Shown here: piece by piece, positions 1-12,436 of the stretch | Layout: each line of letters opens with the position of its first letter | Position numbering within the stretch: position 1 is the first letter of the stretch | Source: Callorhinchus milii | Taxonomy: Eukaryota | Assembly: GCF_018977255.1 (NCBI RefSeq) | Contig: NW_024704743.1 | Location: 40,922,001-40,986,000, forward strand | Direction of reading: 5' to 3' | Length of the DNA stretch: 64,000 nt | The notes under the pieces: model-generated | The model's database searches: none | What the model saw: only the letters and a program-made list of their open reading frames with translations | What the model was told of the DNA's origin: nothing | Made by a program: the position numbers and the translations under genes

Positions 1-264
1 GTGCTCCTTTCTGTATGATTAACATATTCTGACGTGTTTATTTGGAAAGGCATCATGACCTCTATTCCGTTCACATGTCAGCAGGCCTCTTGGCTCCTAA
101 CCGGGATTTGTTATTACAAGATTTGCACCATCACCTTTATGAATAGATCAATCAAAATTGATCCTTAAGCTAGGTTTAATTATAGATCAGGTCAATTGTA
201 TTGGAAATGTTGTGGTATGTAGAGCAATGGCTGTTTGATGATGTGCAAACCTTGTACTGTAACG

Positions 265-720
265 TAATAATAATAATCCTTGCATTTGATATTGTGCCTT
301 TTCATGTCATTGAGAAACTTCAAAGTGCTTCTTAGCATGTGTACTGAAATGCTGTACAACGTCCAACGCTTTGGCACGTCCTCCCAACGTGAAAGGCACT
401 TTACAAATGTGTTCTTGTTCTAAAGTGGATTGGCTGTGTATTTTATAGACGAACCAATGGCAGCCAGTTGTGCACAGCAATGTCCCACCAATTTTATTTG
501 GAGAATAGTGACACGGCATCTTTAACATCCACCTGAACAAGCAGACAGGAACTTGGTTTAATGTCTCGTCCAAAGGACGATGGCTCCCACAATGTAACAT
601 AGCCGCAGCATTGCATTCGAGTTTCAGCTTAGATTATGTGATTCCAAGTCCCAAGGTGGCGCTTGAACCTACAAATTTCTGACTCAAAGGCGAGAATGCT
701 ATCACTGAACCAGGATGACA
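265..720 (-). mobile_element. tRNA-derived Deu-domain SINE (AmnSINE1/SacSINE1-like, 'family A') with L2-type tail, interrupted by an antisense L2 tail at ~355-420
   Basis: Head GGTTCAGTGATAGCATTCTCGCC...GGTTCAAG, Deu-like core (GTTCAGGTGGATGTTAAAGAT...GGGACATTGCTGTGCACAACTGGCTGCC) and tail ...ATCAAATGCAAGGATTATTATTA. Confidence 0.8.
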
Positions 721-782
721 CACTCTCTTCATTATAATAATAATAATAAAAATAATAATAATAAGGAAAGGAAAGAGCTTGT

Positions 783-1906
783 TGTAAGGAAATAGTTAAA
801 ATCATTGCTTTATGTGAGGTCGGATGTATGAAAGAACTGAGAGTGGCAACTTAATTAATCTCTAGAAGGTGGAAAAGGATGTGGACCAGAGGTAATTGGT
901 GTTGTGTCCCTGTTTTCTTTGACATGACTTGATATACTTAATGGATAGATGTTATCCCTTCCTTAATTGGAACTTGCCAGTTAGGACAAAAACTATTGGC
1001 ACCAAATGGCTTGTAACATTTCACGAAAGTTAATGCACAACAGTCTATCCCAAGAAAATAAGATGGGATTCTGCATTGATAAAGAAAGTGTTTCATGACC
1101 TTAGCTGTCAAAGTAGGATGACGGACATTTAGCCTTAATTTCTGACCCCATTCGCTATCAGAACATGAACCTTCAAGGTTAGGATATGGGTGACATATGT
1201 ACATACCCTGCATATGGAAAGGCGATTGAATGAAACAGATCCAAATTACAATTGGACAATTCAACTTTGAACTATGATTGAGCAAAACATTCTTTGAACT
1301 CCACTTTTGCCTGTATGGGTCACATGGACTGATTGTGGAGTATAAAAGATGAAAGTTTAGTTAAGTTTGGTGAAGAAGAGTCTGGATACAAGCTCGCACC
1401 AGAAAATTAGTGCCAAATATTCACAGAGATCATACTCACTCTCTGAGTTAGTTTGTTATGTTATCAAATATCGAATTGTCTCTACTATACTGATTGAGAT
1501 TTTGTTTTGTATGTTTGTTTATATTTATTCTTACTAAAGTATTAATTTGATTGAAATCATTACTGGTGTGGTTTGTTGTCCACAATTAATCCTTAATAAT
1601 AATAATAATAATCATTGCATTTGATATAGTGCTTTTCACGTCGGGAGGATGTCCCAAAGCGCTTCACAGAACACACTGTAAAGTGAATTGACTGTATATT
1701 TTTGTGGGCGAACGCGGCAGCAATGTCCCACAAACAGTCGTAGATTGAAAATGACCAATTTATTATTGTTTTTGGTTTTGGAGGGATTATTATTAGGCGT
1801 GTGGAGTAAGGAAACTTGCCCAAGGTTTCGCCATGCCTGGAATTGAACTCAGGTCTCTCGCTTGCAAAGCGAGTGTTCTAACCACTGAGCTACAGGACTC
1901 CTTACA
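783..1906 (+). mobile_element. Probable solo LTR (~815 bp net) with a SINE inserted in its 3' terminus
   Basis: Starts TGTAAGGA (783-790). Removing the SINE at 1594-1901 restores the complementary end ...AATCC/TTACA (TCCTTACA). TATAAAA at 1341-1347 followed by T-rich R/U5-like sequence. TSD imperfect (ttgt vs ttagt). Confidence 0.6.
1594..1901 (-). mobile_element. Young tRNA-Ala-derived SINE ('family B', internally deleted form)
   Basis: GGAGTCCTGTAGCTCAGTGGTTAGAACACTCGC-TTTGCAA-GCGAG...GTTCAATTCC head with A/B boxes, 3' Deu segment, L2-type hairpin tail and (ATT)n end; nearly identical to 29335-29653. Confidence 0.9.
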
Positions 1907-2025
1907 TTAGTGACTTTGCTTTTTATCACAATGGAACGATAAGAAATCAATAGACAGGAGAAACCTATTGTAGTAACAGAGTTCTGTTTTTTATGCTGGG
2001 TTTACTGTGTATCCATCGTAAACTA

Positions 2026-2171
2026 GGTTCAGTGATAGCATTCTCACCTTTGAGTCAGAAAGTTGTAGGTTCAAGTGCCACCTTGGGACTTGGAATCAAT
2101 AATCTAAGCTGAAACTCTAATGCAATGCTGGGGGCTTGTTGCATTGCGGGAGCCATCGTCCTTTGGACGAG
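2026..2171 (+). mobile_element. Family A SINE 5' fragment
   Basis: Inverted near-copy of 565-711. Confidence 0.8.
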
Positions 2172-4065
2172 TGCTATGGCTGACTAGCTGACTTTATGCA
2201 CCTAAAACAGCCAACTTCCAGGTTACCACTGGCATAACATCCTGGCTAAGTGAAGTGCTCTGGGACACTACCTCTCGTGAATTGCACTATATAAATGCAA
2301 GTTGTTGCTGTTGTTGCATATTGTTCATGTGCACTGTGCACAGGAAGCATCAGTAAAGACATTGCACAAAGGAAGTGATGACAGGAGCACTTCCTGTGCA
2401 TAGCAGACATGCAAAGCACGCTGGAAATGATGCTTCTTGTTCTCCTAGTGCATGCCGTGTATGCATGCACGGTACAGAATATGTCAGTGGTGACCTAATT
2501 TCTACAACCTCACCTATAACATGGCGACTGAGATATTGGATGCAGACAATCATACTATAACTAGGCTACCCAAAATAAAGCACAAGAAGCACCACAAAAA
2601 TATTCCAAACTGAAATTGAACTGGAAGTTCAAAGTAACCTGAGCACTCATCTCTGACAATTAGACAGAATTTGAGTGTTCGAAAACTGACATCCTGCCTA
2701 ATGCTTATACCTCAAGAGCAAAAGCTCAGAGAAGCTGAAACAGGTGCAGACATAACAAGTAGAAGATTATCACCAGCAATTGAGAGGATGTATAAATTTA
2801 TAGTGCAAGACAGCTGAGATGAGCAAGCAGATCTTGCCTAATGTACCTAATTTGAAAGAATGTTAAATTCCACCTATTCTTAACCTACAAGATAATTTTG
2901 TCTTAAAATATTGCATGTAGCATTGTGAAATATTATTACATTTCGTCTTAATATGGGTGCCCATCCAGCCGGGTGAAATGATTTGAGATGTCCTCCTGAA
3001 GTGAAGGACACTATATAAATGTAAATTGTATTGTATTTTATGTATTGGGTGTGTGTGGTTAAGAGACTGCACTTTCTGCGTACAATATTGAATTGTAAAT
3101 TGTATGGTAATTTGTATGTCTTTTGCTGAACAATCGAAAGTGACTTCCAATATAAGAATAAATGTAATAATTTTTTGCAATTTTCCATTCCAGCAGAGTT
3201 TGGGCTAAAACAATCTTAGACCAGGTGGAATTTGGTGCCCTATGGAGATAAAGAAAGTAAATCCAAATGGATGGGATACAATACATTTGATCCATGAACA
3301 GCTCCCGTTGTCTCCCAGATTGTAAGAAGGAAGTGTGAGCAAATTAAATCACCAATGGACTGGAAAATATTGACCAATGTAACCAGTGGTTACATACTTT
3401 GCAAATATGAGTAAAATATTTCCTCTGAATATTAATGAAAACAAAGCTCTACAAATTTAGTTTTATATTTGCTGTAAGTCAAAAAAAGAGTCATACACAT
3501 GTATTGGTTTTGATCTGCATTGATTGTTATAGAAATCTGTCACTGAGTAACGGGAAAACTACCACAGTGCACTTTCTGCTCCACAAGTCAGTATGTATGA
3601 TCAATGAATGGAGAAGGGATACTTTTAACAGTTGACTGATGCTGCCTTGAATCTGCAAAGCAATAGAAGTGTCAACTTAGAAAGGTTAATGCTCCACAGC
3701 TGGAAATCCCCAGAAGACAATCTAGATACACAAGTTTACATGGCAGCAAGCAGCACAAATGAGGTTCACCGGTATGAATTAAACAATGTGAGCTCTTGTT
3801 GAATACTGTGGTCAAAGTAATTGAAGTAATTGCTTTTAATCAGTTGGATGACAGCACCATATTCGACCAAGTAGCAAGACCATAGGAAGGGGTAGACCTT
3901 TCAGTTGATTGAGGCTGTTCTGTCTTTTATTAGCTCATGGCAGAACTTCTCATCCTGTTTCCTTTTGTAACAGTGGATATCATTAAAAACTGAACTTCGT
4001 AAAATTCAATGGTATGTCATAGAATTAGTTACAAAGCCTAAACAATTAGTGAAATAAAGATATAA

Positions 4066-4132
4066 TAACAACAACAACAAGATTGCATTTGTATAGCGCC
4101 TTTCACATCGGGAGGACGACCCAAGGCGCTGA
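4066..4132 (-). mobile_element. Isolated L2-type 3' tail (severely 5'-truncated insertion); similar stubs at ~355-420, 2249-2316, 13390-13450, 20900-20965, 47675-47730, 52935-52985, 54900-54965
   Basis: CAGCGCCTTGGGTCGTCCTCCCGATGTGAAAGGCGCTATACAAATGCAATCTTG(TTG)n; the same tail terminates the L2 ORF2 fragments in this window. Confidence 0.75.
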
Positions 4133-6704
4133 GGCCTCATATCAGCACAGGTTTGCTTAGCAGTATTGCAAATTTGCAGGTCCAGCTAGACTTCTGGTGC
4201 TGTCTAGCATGGCTCGCCATGCTAAAAACGGTCAACTTCCAGGTCATCAGGTAACCACTGATAACAACAACAACGTGCATTTATATAACACTCTTCATGT
4301 GGGGTAGTGACCTGGATATGTAGGAAGTGTCCCTAGTGTCACTTTCTGCATACTGTGCTAGAATACTAAGTGGAGGAAATGCTGTTGCTGTCATCTTGTG
4401 TCATCAGTTGCAACCTGACAATTTAGAAGGTGCCCTTTCTTTGTGCTTTGTAATAACCTGGCCTCTTAGATATCGGATCCAAGTAACCATTTTATACCAA
4501 GGTATCCTATTCTTTAAAAATAACATCCTAGAATCATAGAATTTTACAGCACAGAAAGATGCCATTTGGCCCATTGTGCTTGGATAGACTTTCTGAATGA
4601 TTTATCTATTCAGTTCCCCTTCCTGATCTTTCATGAAACTTTTTCATACTTTTATTTTTCAAATATTCAAATAATTAACTTTTAAAAGCTATTCTGGATT
4701 ATGCTTCAAATTGGGTGAACATATGACACCTTTTTCTCTCTCCCTCAAGAGGTTCCCATGTTAATAAAATTGTCACAAGTTTCAATTACTGGGTTTAAAG
4801 ATGAGCAATGTGTCAGCCCACAATTTTTTTTGATGAGGCTAAAAGGTGAATGGGCAGGTGTGTTTCCCTTTGATGTTTCAGAGCTGTACAAAATATGAAA
4901 GGAACATTGCAAACCAGGCAATGGAGCAAGTGTTTCTGTTTTCTACAGATAAGGAATATCTATAAATATTTCTATTAAGTCACACATATGATCTTAGAGT
5001 TTGGGAAATCGCATATTTTGAAGCCAATCTTTCAAGGTTCTAGCAATTATGTAATTTTACAATCTGAGCAAGTTTGGGACATTTAGTATTAAATAAAATG
5101 CTTTGATCACTTTTATTGGAACCCTTTTTTCAAAGAAACATAATGCTTTTAATAGAGATTGTTTTTTATCTCTCTTGTGAGTCAGAGAATAAAATAATTC
5201 ATTTGGAAGAAAGAGATTGAAGCTTCTCATGGGCATTTGTGCAGAGACCACCCACTTCTACAAGAAGTTTATTACACCTACAAGTTTTGGACTTTTATAA
5301 CATTATTTCAAAGATTCATTTTACTTCTAAAAGTTAGCACACTTGTCTCCTGTGCTGGATGCCCTGGTTATATATCACTTCTATCTATCCCTGTTTATTA
5401 AACTACATATTTGATTAAATTTGCCACTGACTTTGCCATGAATGTAACACTTGTCACTTACAAGTACACTAAATTATTGAAGTTCTACACATATTTGCAG
5501 TTCTTATAAGGGTCACGTTATTTGGCCCTGATGAACATATTGAGATTAATAAGAAAGGTAGTGTTCCGCAAGTGATATCCTTGTCTCAAAGGGAAACATA
5601 TCTAAAATGAATAACCTCCTTAAGATCACAGAGTTAAAGTTGTGTGGCCCTGCATCATCTCTCAACCTTTCTTTTTGTTGATGAATATGAGCAAAATATA
5701 GAGATGAAAAAGCACCCTTTTCAATTAAACTGGGTTTCTATAAATTACTGTTGAACTCTTGATGCTTTGCAAATGTATCTCTCAAGTCTTTACATTAATG
5801 GATGCAGAACTATATTTACTGTATTTAGTAGAGCAGAGAAGGTTAAAGGGAATTAAAAAGTGGTTAAAATGATGAGATCATTTGAGAGGGTAAACCATGA
5901 TAGATTGATTACAACACTGTAATATTAGTTATGATTGGACATAAGTTCAGGGGTATTAATAAATGCTTAAAGAGGAAGGTTGGAAGAACTGCCTTGCACA
6001 ATAATATGCGGAAAACGTTACTACAAGTAGCTACTGAAGCTGAGTCAAATATGTTATTAGATCATTTAATAAATATATATAAAAGGATTTGGGGGAAAAA
6101 AGGGTAGGTAGATCCAGTGGAGTGTTGGCATAGCACAAACACAATGGACAAAATAATCTCCTTCTGTGCAGAACTTCTTATGAAGTAATTTTCTTTCTGC
6201 CATCTGACCCTTCTGTATTGCTGCATTTTATTTTAGTATCTCTGGCATAAGGGGTTTATTTTGCTAATTTTCCTTAGATTAAGTCCTCCATTAACTCTTG
6301 TGCCTTGAATCAAAATTAACTTGTGCCATGATGATAGATTAACCTGATGTTTTGCGAGTTTGGTGACAATTAGGACCATGGAGAATCTTTAATTCTGTGT
6401 TGCTTGTAAGTCCTATTTGAAACCTGAAGCTTTTTTCCTAATCTTCTGATATGCATCAGAGGCCAACTGTAATTACATTACAGTTCAATCATGAGAGAAT
6501 AAACCTGTTATCTAAGAGCGAGGTGCATGAAAGCATGATATCCATAGCAAAAAGGCTTTGGTGCATGGTCCATTACTGGAAAGTGAATAACTTGTTTTTC
6601 TACTGCATTGAATTTTCTTATCTGAAGCATTCACATTTAAGGAGTTCATAGAGAAATGTTCCAGAGGTTCTCCCATTTCAAAGTTAAAATTTTGTCCTTC
6701 AAAT

Positions 6705-7000
6705 GAGAAAGTCCATCCTTCAGGTGAAACAGTAAACCATCTCTGCCTGTTCAGATTGATGTTAAAGACCCCAAGGCACTTTTTGAGAAGAGAAAGGAAT
6801 TTCTTTCCATGTCCTTGTCAACTATTTCCCAAATGAAAATGATCACTCACTTTGTGGCCGTTTGTGGGACATTGCTGTGTGTGAATTAGCTGCTGTGTTC
6901 ACCTACATGTACACACTCACTCCAGTTAAGAGAAAAACTCGTGAAGTTCTCTGACATGTTTCGACTTGATAAAACACCACATCAAATGCAAGGATTATTA
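6705..7000 (+). mobile_element. Family A Deu-SINE, 5'-truncated
   Basis: GCCTGTTCAGATTGATGTTAAAGACCCCAAGGCACT...TTTGTGGGACATTGCTGTGTG...AAATGCAAGGATTATTA. Confidence 0.75.
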
Positions 7001-7406
7001 GTATAAATTTTAGTGGAAAATCATATAAATGTGAACTGTTTCTCATTGAATCACATTTTGTTTGCAAATGCTTAGCACATTTTTGAAGCTTAATGTCTAA
7101 CTGGACAGTAACACATTTACTGTAGATTTTTTTTGCTGGTTTGGGTATTTTGCCTTGCATGGAATTGTTAATACTGTTTTATCATTTTGCATCCTTTCCT
7201 CTGGTGAATCTGGTGGTTTGTTCCACAGATGCACACAGTCCTCCGGAGTACCTCAGCCACATGGTTATTTATCACGTATGAGCCTAGACAGTGAGGGCTG
7301 AGGCATCATAATCACGCCTGATTTTGTCACTACTCCAACATGCACTTTCCATTCAAAGTCACTGGTCAGAAGCAGGAACACGCGCTTATAGTTTGTCTCC
7401 CAGATG

Positions 7407-8175
7407 ATAATAATAATAACAATAATAATAATAATCCTTGCATTTGGTAGAGCATCTTTCAATCTTTAAGGAGAACATATCAAAGCAAATCACAAAAGTG
7501 AATGTACCTTGTGGGTAAATGTGGCAGACAATTGGATGCAACAATGTCCCACAAACAACCATGAAGTGAGAGTGACCAATTTTTATTTGGGGGGATTGTT
7601 GGCCAGGACAGCAGGAGAAACTCCCCAAACTTTTCGAATAGTGCCATGGGATCTTTAACGTCCACCTAAACAACAACAACACATTACATTTGTATAATGC
7701 CTTTCACATTGGGAGGCCGTCCCAAGGATGTGGACAGTAAAGAGATTTGGACCGGGGCAGGGTTTTGGGATCAGGAGGCATGGAGGTTAGTGGTAGGAGG
7801 GTGTCCGAAGGCATGGTGAAAGGGGAAGGTCTTGAGACGTGCTTTCAAGGAAGCAATGAAAGGAACAAGGCAAAGGGAATGTGGGATAGAGTTCCATAGG
7901 GTGGGGGCAGAGAGACTGTTATAACACACATTACTATTGTGCAAATTAATTTATGACATGGTTGCAAATTAATTTATGGCATGGGGATCTCCGATTCGTA
8001 GGGCAGATTGATATAGTGTTAGCGGATCACAGATGTAGGAAGGACATGGAGGGCTTTGAAGGCAAACTCAATCCTCTGGGGGATGGGGAGCCAGTGGAAC
8101 TGGGTGAGAGTGTGGATGATAGGGTCATGGAACTTGGTGCGAGAGAGGACATGAACTGCAGAGTTCTGAAAAAAT
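7407..8175 (-). mobile_element. Family A SINE 3' half (7407-7670) abutting an L2 LINE 3' fragment (7670-8175)
   Basis: Deu segment plus tail, then a (TTG)n-ended L2 tail and ORF2 remnant QNSAVHVLSRTKFHDPIIHTLTQFHWLPIPQRIEFAFKALH. Confidence 0.8.
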
Positions 8176-8851
8176 GACTGACCTTTGGTTAAATAGATCA
8201 TTGCTATATTATTCCTGTCTGCAGTGCATATGCAAAGCAGGAGTGGTATTGGTGGTGACCTGATTGTCCAGAAGTTGGCCACCTTTATTTAGCTAATGTG
8301 AAAATAAATTAAAATGGACACTTAAAAAGCTACTTCTGGGTCATTAGGTTGCTGCCAATGTCATCTCACAATCTGCAGAAAGCAGAAAGTGATTTTGACG
8401 TCGACTTAAAGACTAGCAGGTTTAATACCCAAACTCAGCCTATGTGGCGGAAGAGAACTGGCCGGCTATAGACATGTGCATAAACAGTGTCCACAGTGCA
8501 ACCATGTCATACACTGTATTCATTTAACACATTGTGATCCATGGTGTGATAAAATTGTTATGGTAATAATTTTCACATCACTGAAAATTATGGTCCAATC
8601 AAGTTTCATCAATCATTGACTGGTCTTAGATGTAAACACTTACCTCCCTTAACCCCCTCCCCACCAGCACTGCCGCAATTTTGGTGCAATTTTTAAAAAA
8701 AAATTGCATAAAAGTTATCTGTTGAAATCATGCACCTTTGAATCATTTTCACTGAGATATATACAGATAATTTGTGGGACATACCATTAGATTATCCATT
8801 TTTAACAGTTTGCGTTTTGTACTAATGAAAGAAAGCAGAAGCCATGCTTAC

Positions 8852-9019
8852 TCTTATAAAATCTTGGTGGATTATCATTGACATCAGTGAGGGTAATATT
8901 TACGGTCGTTGTCCCTGCTAATCCTCCCATCTGCCCTCCCATGTCTTTGGCCTGAATGAGCACTTCATAATCCTCCTTTACTTCTCTGTCCATGTTTGAT
9001 AGAGCTGTGCGGATGACAC
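8852..9019 (-). CDS. CDH12: Cadherin-12-like coding exon 4 (end of EC2), 168 nt; the gene continues beyond the left edge
   Basis: Acceptor gatcag|GT at 9020/9019; (G)[55 protein letters not shown](S) with DRE and DxNDNxP motifs; donor AAGA|GTAAGC at 8852/8851. Confidence 0.95.
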
Positions 9020-9329
9020 CTGATCACAAAACACAGAAGAAAAGGGAAATGTTTTAGAATGGTTATTCTTTCACAAGAATGGGGTCCAATATGTGACATT
9101 TCTTAACGAGAGTTCTTCATAAGGAGTTCAAGTTGTTGAATCCTTCCAATAGAATAATCGGAAGTACATCACACTGATTCACAATTCCAGATGTTCTGAT
9201 AAGGAATTCGCTTAATTAGGAATCCCAATACAAAATAAAGCAATTAACTCAAATAACAAGTAACATACGAGCACAAGTCAATAGGACTTACCTTGGATGT
9301 CATCTCTGACCCATAAGAATGTAATAATA

Positions 9330-9630
9330 GAAATAATCCTTGTATGTAATATTGCACCTTATCGCGTTATTGAAACATCTCAAATAGCTTTACAAGATAT
9401 ACCCAAAGTGGATTGACTGTGTATTTTGTTGGCGAAACTCGACAGCCAGTTTGCACACAGCAATGTCCCACAAATAGCCATGGAGCAAATTATCAATTTT
9501 ATTTGAAGGATTTGTTGGCCGGGACACAGGGAGAAAGTCCCTTCTCTTTTCAAATAGTGCCATGGGATCCATGACGTCCTCCTGAACAGACAGACAGGAC
9601 CTCAGTTTAGCATCTCGTCTGAAGGCTGGA
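9330..9630 (-). mobile_element. Family A Deu-SINE, 5'-truncated
   Basis: Deu core GATCCCATGGCACTATTTGAAAAGAGAAGGGA...GTGGGACATTGCTGTGTGCAAACTGGCTG plus tail. Confidence 0.8.
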
Positions 9631-10139
9631 AACAAGGGAGTGTTATACATGGCCACCTGCTCCAAATACATTTTCCTCTTTTATTTCTTCACACAAAATC
9701 TACTATAATATGGACTTCATTCTATCAACTCTTCTCCCAGCTGAACATTCTTAGGGTCTTTAGTGTAGACTAAAGACATTTAAAATTAATTTTTAAAAAA
9801 TATTTCAGAGCCTGTCCTAGCTCTCTGCGTGAAGGGTGCTACATAAATCAAGTTGTAGTTGTTGTTATTTTCCTCACTGCAGCTGATTGCTTTTATCACC
9901 AATTTATCTTTATCTCAGTCATGAACATTGGTGAAGCTTATTCAGCAGTTTTGGTCCTTGAAGCAAAATCATTCAGACACATGTTATGCAAGATTTTAAA
10001 TAGAACTGAGAAGGTGATCCCAGAACAATATCTTCTGATGCATGATGATAGCAGAAATAGAGCATCACAGGTTTAGCTTTGCAAAGGGCACTTTCAGTTC
10101 AGAAAGCAGGAAGTATTTTTGTATTCAGTAGTTAATCAA

Positions 10140-10472
10140 CAACAACAACAAAAAACTTGCACTTGTATAGCGCCCTCCGCTTAAGGTAGCGTCTCAGAGT
10201 GCTTAACAGTGGTGGAGACTGACCCAAGCTGGGAGTGGGGAGTGAAAAGGAAGGTTTTCAGATTGGACTTGAAAAGGGGGAAGAAGGGAGCAAGCCGGAG
10301 GGATTGAAGGAGAATGTTCCAGAGTTACGGGGCATTGTGGCTGAATGTGCGACATCCAATGGTGGAGCGGAGGGCACAAGCGAAAAGCAGGAGGCCAGTG
10401 CGATTTGAGTGGATTGGGGAATGGGATTAGAGAGATAGGGAGGTGCCAGAGAGTGAAGGGATTTGAACATGA
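10140..10472 (-). mobile_element. L2 LINE 3' fragment inserted in an old plus-strand CR1 3' remnant (~9980-10570)
   Basis: FKSLHSLAPPYLS L2 ORF2 C-terminal motif and hairpin tail; the flanks resemble the CR1 ORF2 end. Confidence 0.75.
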
Positions 10473-12032
10473 ACAACTGTTACCAAGAACAATGGTTGAG
10501 GAAACGATACTGAATTCACTTTAAAAAAAACACCTCAATGCTGTGACTGGAGGATATTAGGTTTACAGGACCAAATCTCATCATCAAAATGTCTCAAAAC
10601 ACTTCACAAGATTTACTGTAAGGTGTGGTGACTGTATATTTTTAGGAGTCCAGAGTGTTACTGATTGAGCCAAACTGAGACTCAAATACCTGACGTATCG
10701 GAGGGTGTTGAACATTTATGGGTCTGTACCCCAGGAGAGTCAACACCATCAGAGCATGTATCCATATAGATGCCTTGAAATACCTTTATATATAAGCTTC
10801 ATGGAGGGTGATGAAATTCTAAAAAAGATTATGCAGGCAATCGTGATCTTTCTCCATAATAATTCAGAAAATTTCCATAATATCGCTGAACATCAAACCC
10901 ACAATCAAATCCATTGGGAGAATTAACTAAGTAGGCACATCCCTTTCCTTCCTTCATGTGCTGCCAGATGGTTCAATAGAAATGTCAGTGGAGCCAAACT
11001 GATCACAGCTCAAAGGCATCAACTAGGTAGAGAACATGTCATTGCCAACATTAACATGTGATAAATAGCATCACTGGTGAGTTAGGATTTTCTGTTTGCA
11101 TAATCTGTTTAGCTGTGGGGCTTGTAAATACTTCCAACACTCAATCGCAAAATACCTCAGCCATAGCACTGAGAACACACAACTTTATTTTATTCACGTG
11201 CTACTTCCAATTTCCAGCTCAATGACTCATTGACATTGTAATTATTACAAAAAACAATGATATGATATGTATTTTCTTTTAATACCACAAACATATAACT
11301 TCGCAGAGGAACAGTGACACAGTGCGGTTCTCCCTTAGACTTGCATTTTGTTGGCTTCCCCTGTTTGCCGGACAGGGAATTGCAATGTGCAATGAATCCC
11401 ATTGTTAGAATTTACACTTTTTGTATAATGTTAGAATCATAATAGATGTTGCGAACGGGTTAACTTTTAATTTAAGTGTGGGGGGCAACTGAACTGACAG
11501 TCATGGGATAGGACACATCTGGTTTTCTCTGCTCTTGAAACAATAACAGGACAGCTTTGGAAAAGGGCAGGGGGTCACCTCTTATCAGTAAATGACAACA
11601 CGCCCACAGAAGTAACGGTCCAAGGTACCAGTCGACACAGGATCTCGACTGAGCAATAAGTCGCTAGATTCTGACAGGGCCAACCGACAGAAAACAACCC
11701 TCAAGAATAGCAACTAATGAGCAAGTTGCTTAAACTAGAGGACCTTGGTACCATCCCGGGATACTGATAAGAAATAACCAGTCACTTAAAAGGAATGTAC
11801 TAATGATCCCACACCACAAAATAATGAGCACCAGATACAGCCCTAAACTGATCAATCCTCTATTTTAGACAATTAGATCAGATAACAGGGGTCTTAAGGA
11901 TAATGTGTATGTGTGTGAGGCACGTACACCCCATGAGGTGTTCACGTGAACCCAGCATGATTTCGACAGGTGCTCTAATGTCCGCACCATGATTGGACAA
12001 ACATCGGTATAAGAGTTCCGATAACTTTGTGT

Positions 12033-12109
12033 ATGGGGCCGTCCCGGGTCGTGGAGACAAGGATACGGGAGATGGGGCCATCCCGGGCTGCGGAGACAAG
12101 GGTACGGAG
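12033..12109 (+). repeat. Two-copy ~39-bp tandem repeat just downstream of the LTR TATA box
   Basis: ATGGGGCCGTCCCGGGTCGTGGAGACAAGGATACGGGAG / ATGGGGCCATCCCGGGCTGCGGAGACAAGGGTACGGAG. Confidence 0.9.
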
Positions 12110-12436
12110 ATGGAAGACTGAGAGCTAGAAACACTGAGACTGAGGATATCAGATGGAAGATTGAAAGCTGTAAGAAAGAAGACTGAAAGCATGAAGAATC
12201 AAGCTTGTGTGTTGTAAAGACACAGTGTTGAACTCGAGATATCTACAGTGGTATTGTTCTGTTATAAGATCTGTTGATTGTACCGGCCTTTGGTCTGACC
12301 CATCGGGATATTGGGGAATAACGAACGAATAATAATAAAACAGTCAGATATCTGGTTAAAGGAATTAGTGTTATTTCCTTACAGATTTGGCTGATTTTAT
12401 TTTCAAACAATTTGGGATTCGGCAAGATACTCTGAA

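Noticed and set aside
1830..1901. tRNA-Ala genes (also 29580-29653, 48475-48547, 58660-58735, 60092-60165)
   Set aside because: A cloverleaf is partly retained, but each is the head of a SINE running straight into SINE body and tail, so they are not called as functional tRNA genes.
1..8851. Next cadherin exon (start of EC3)
   Set aside because: I found no minus-strand segment with cadherin motifs and flanking splice sites. With 11-13 kb introns elsewhere, it probably lies beyond the left edge, though a miss by eye is possible.
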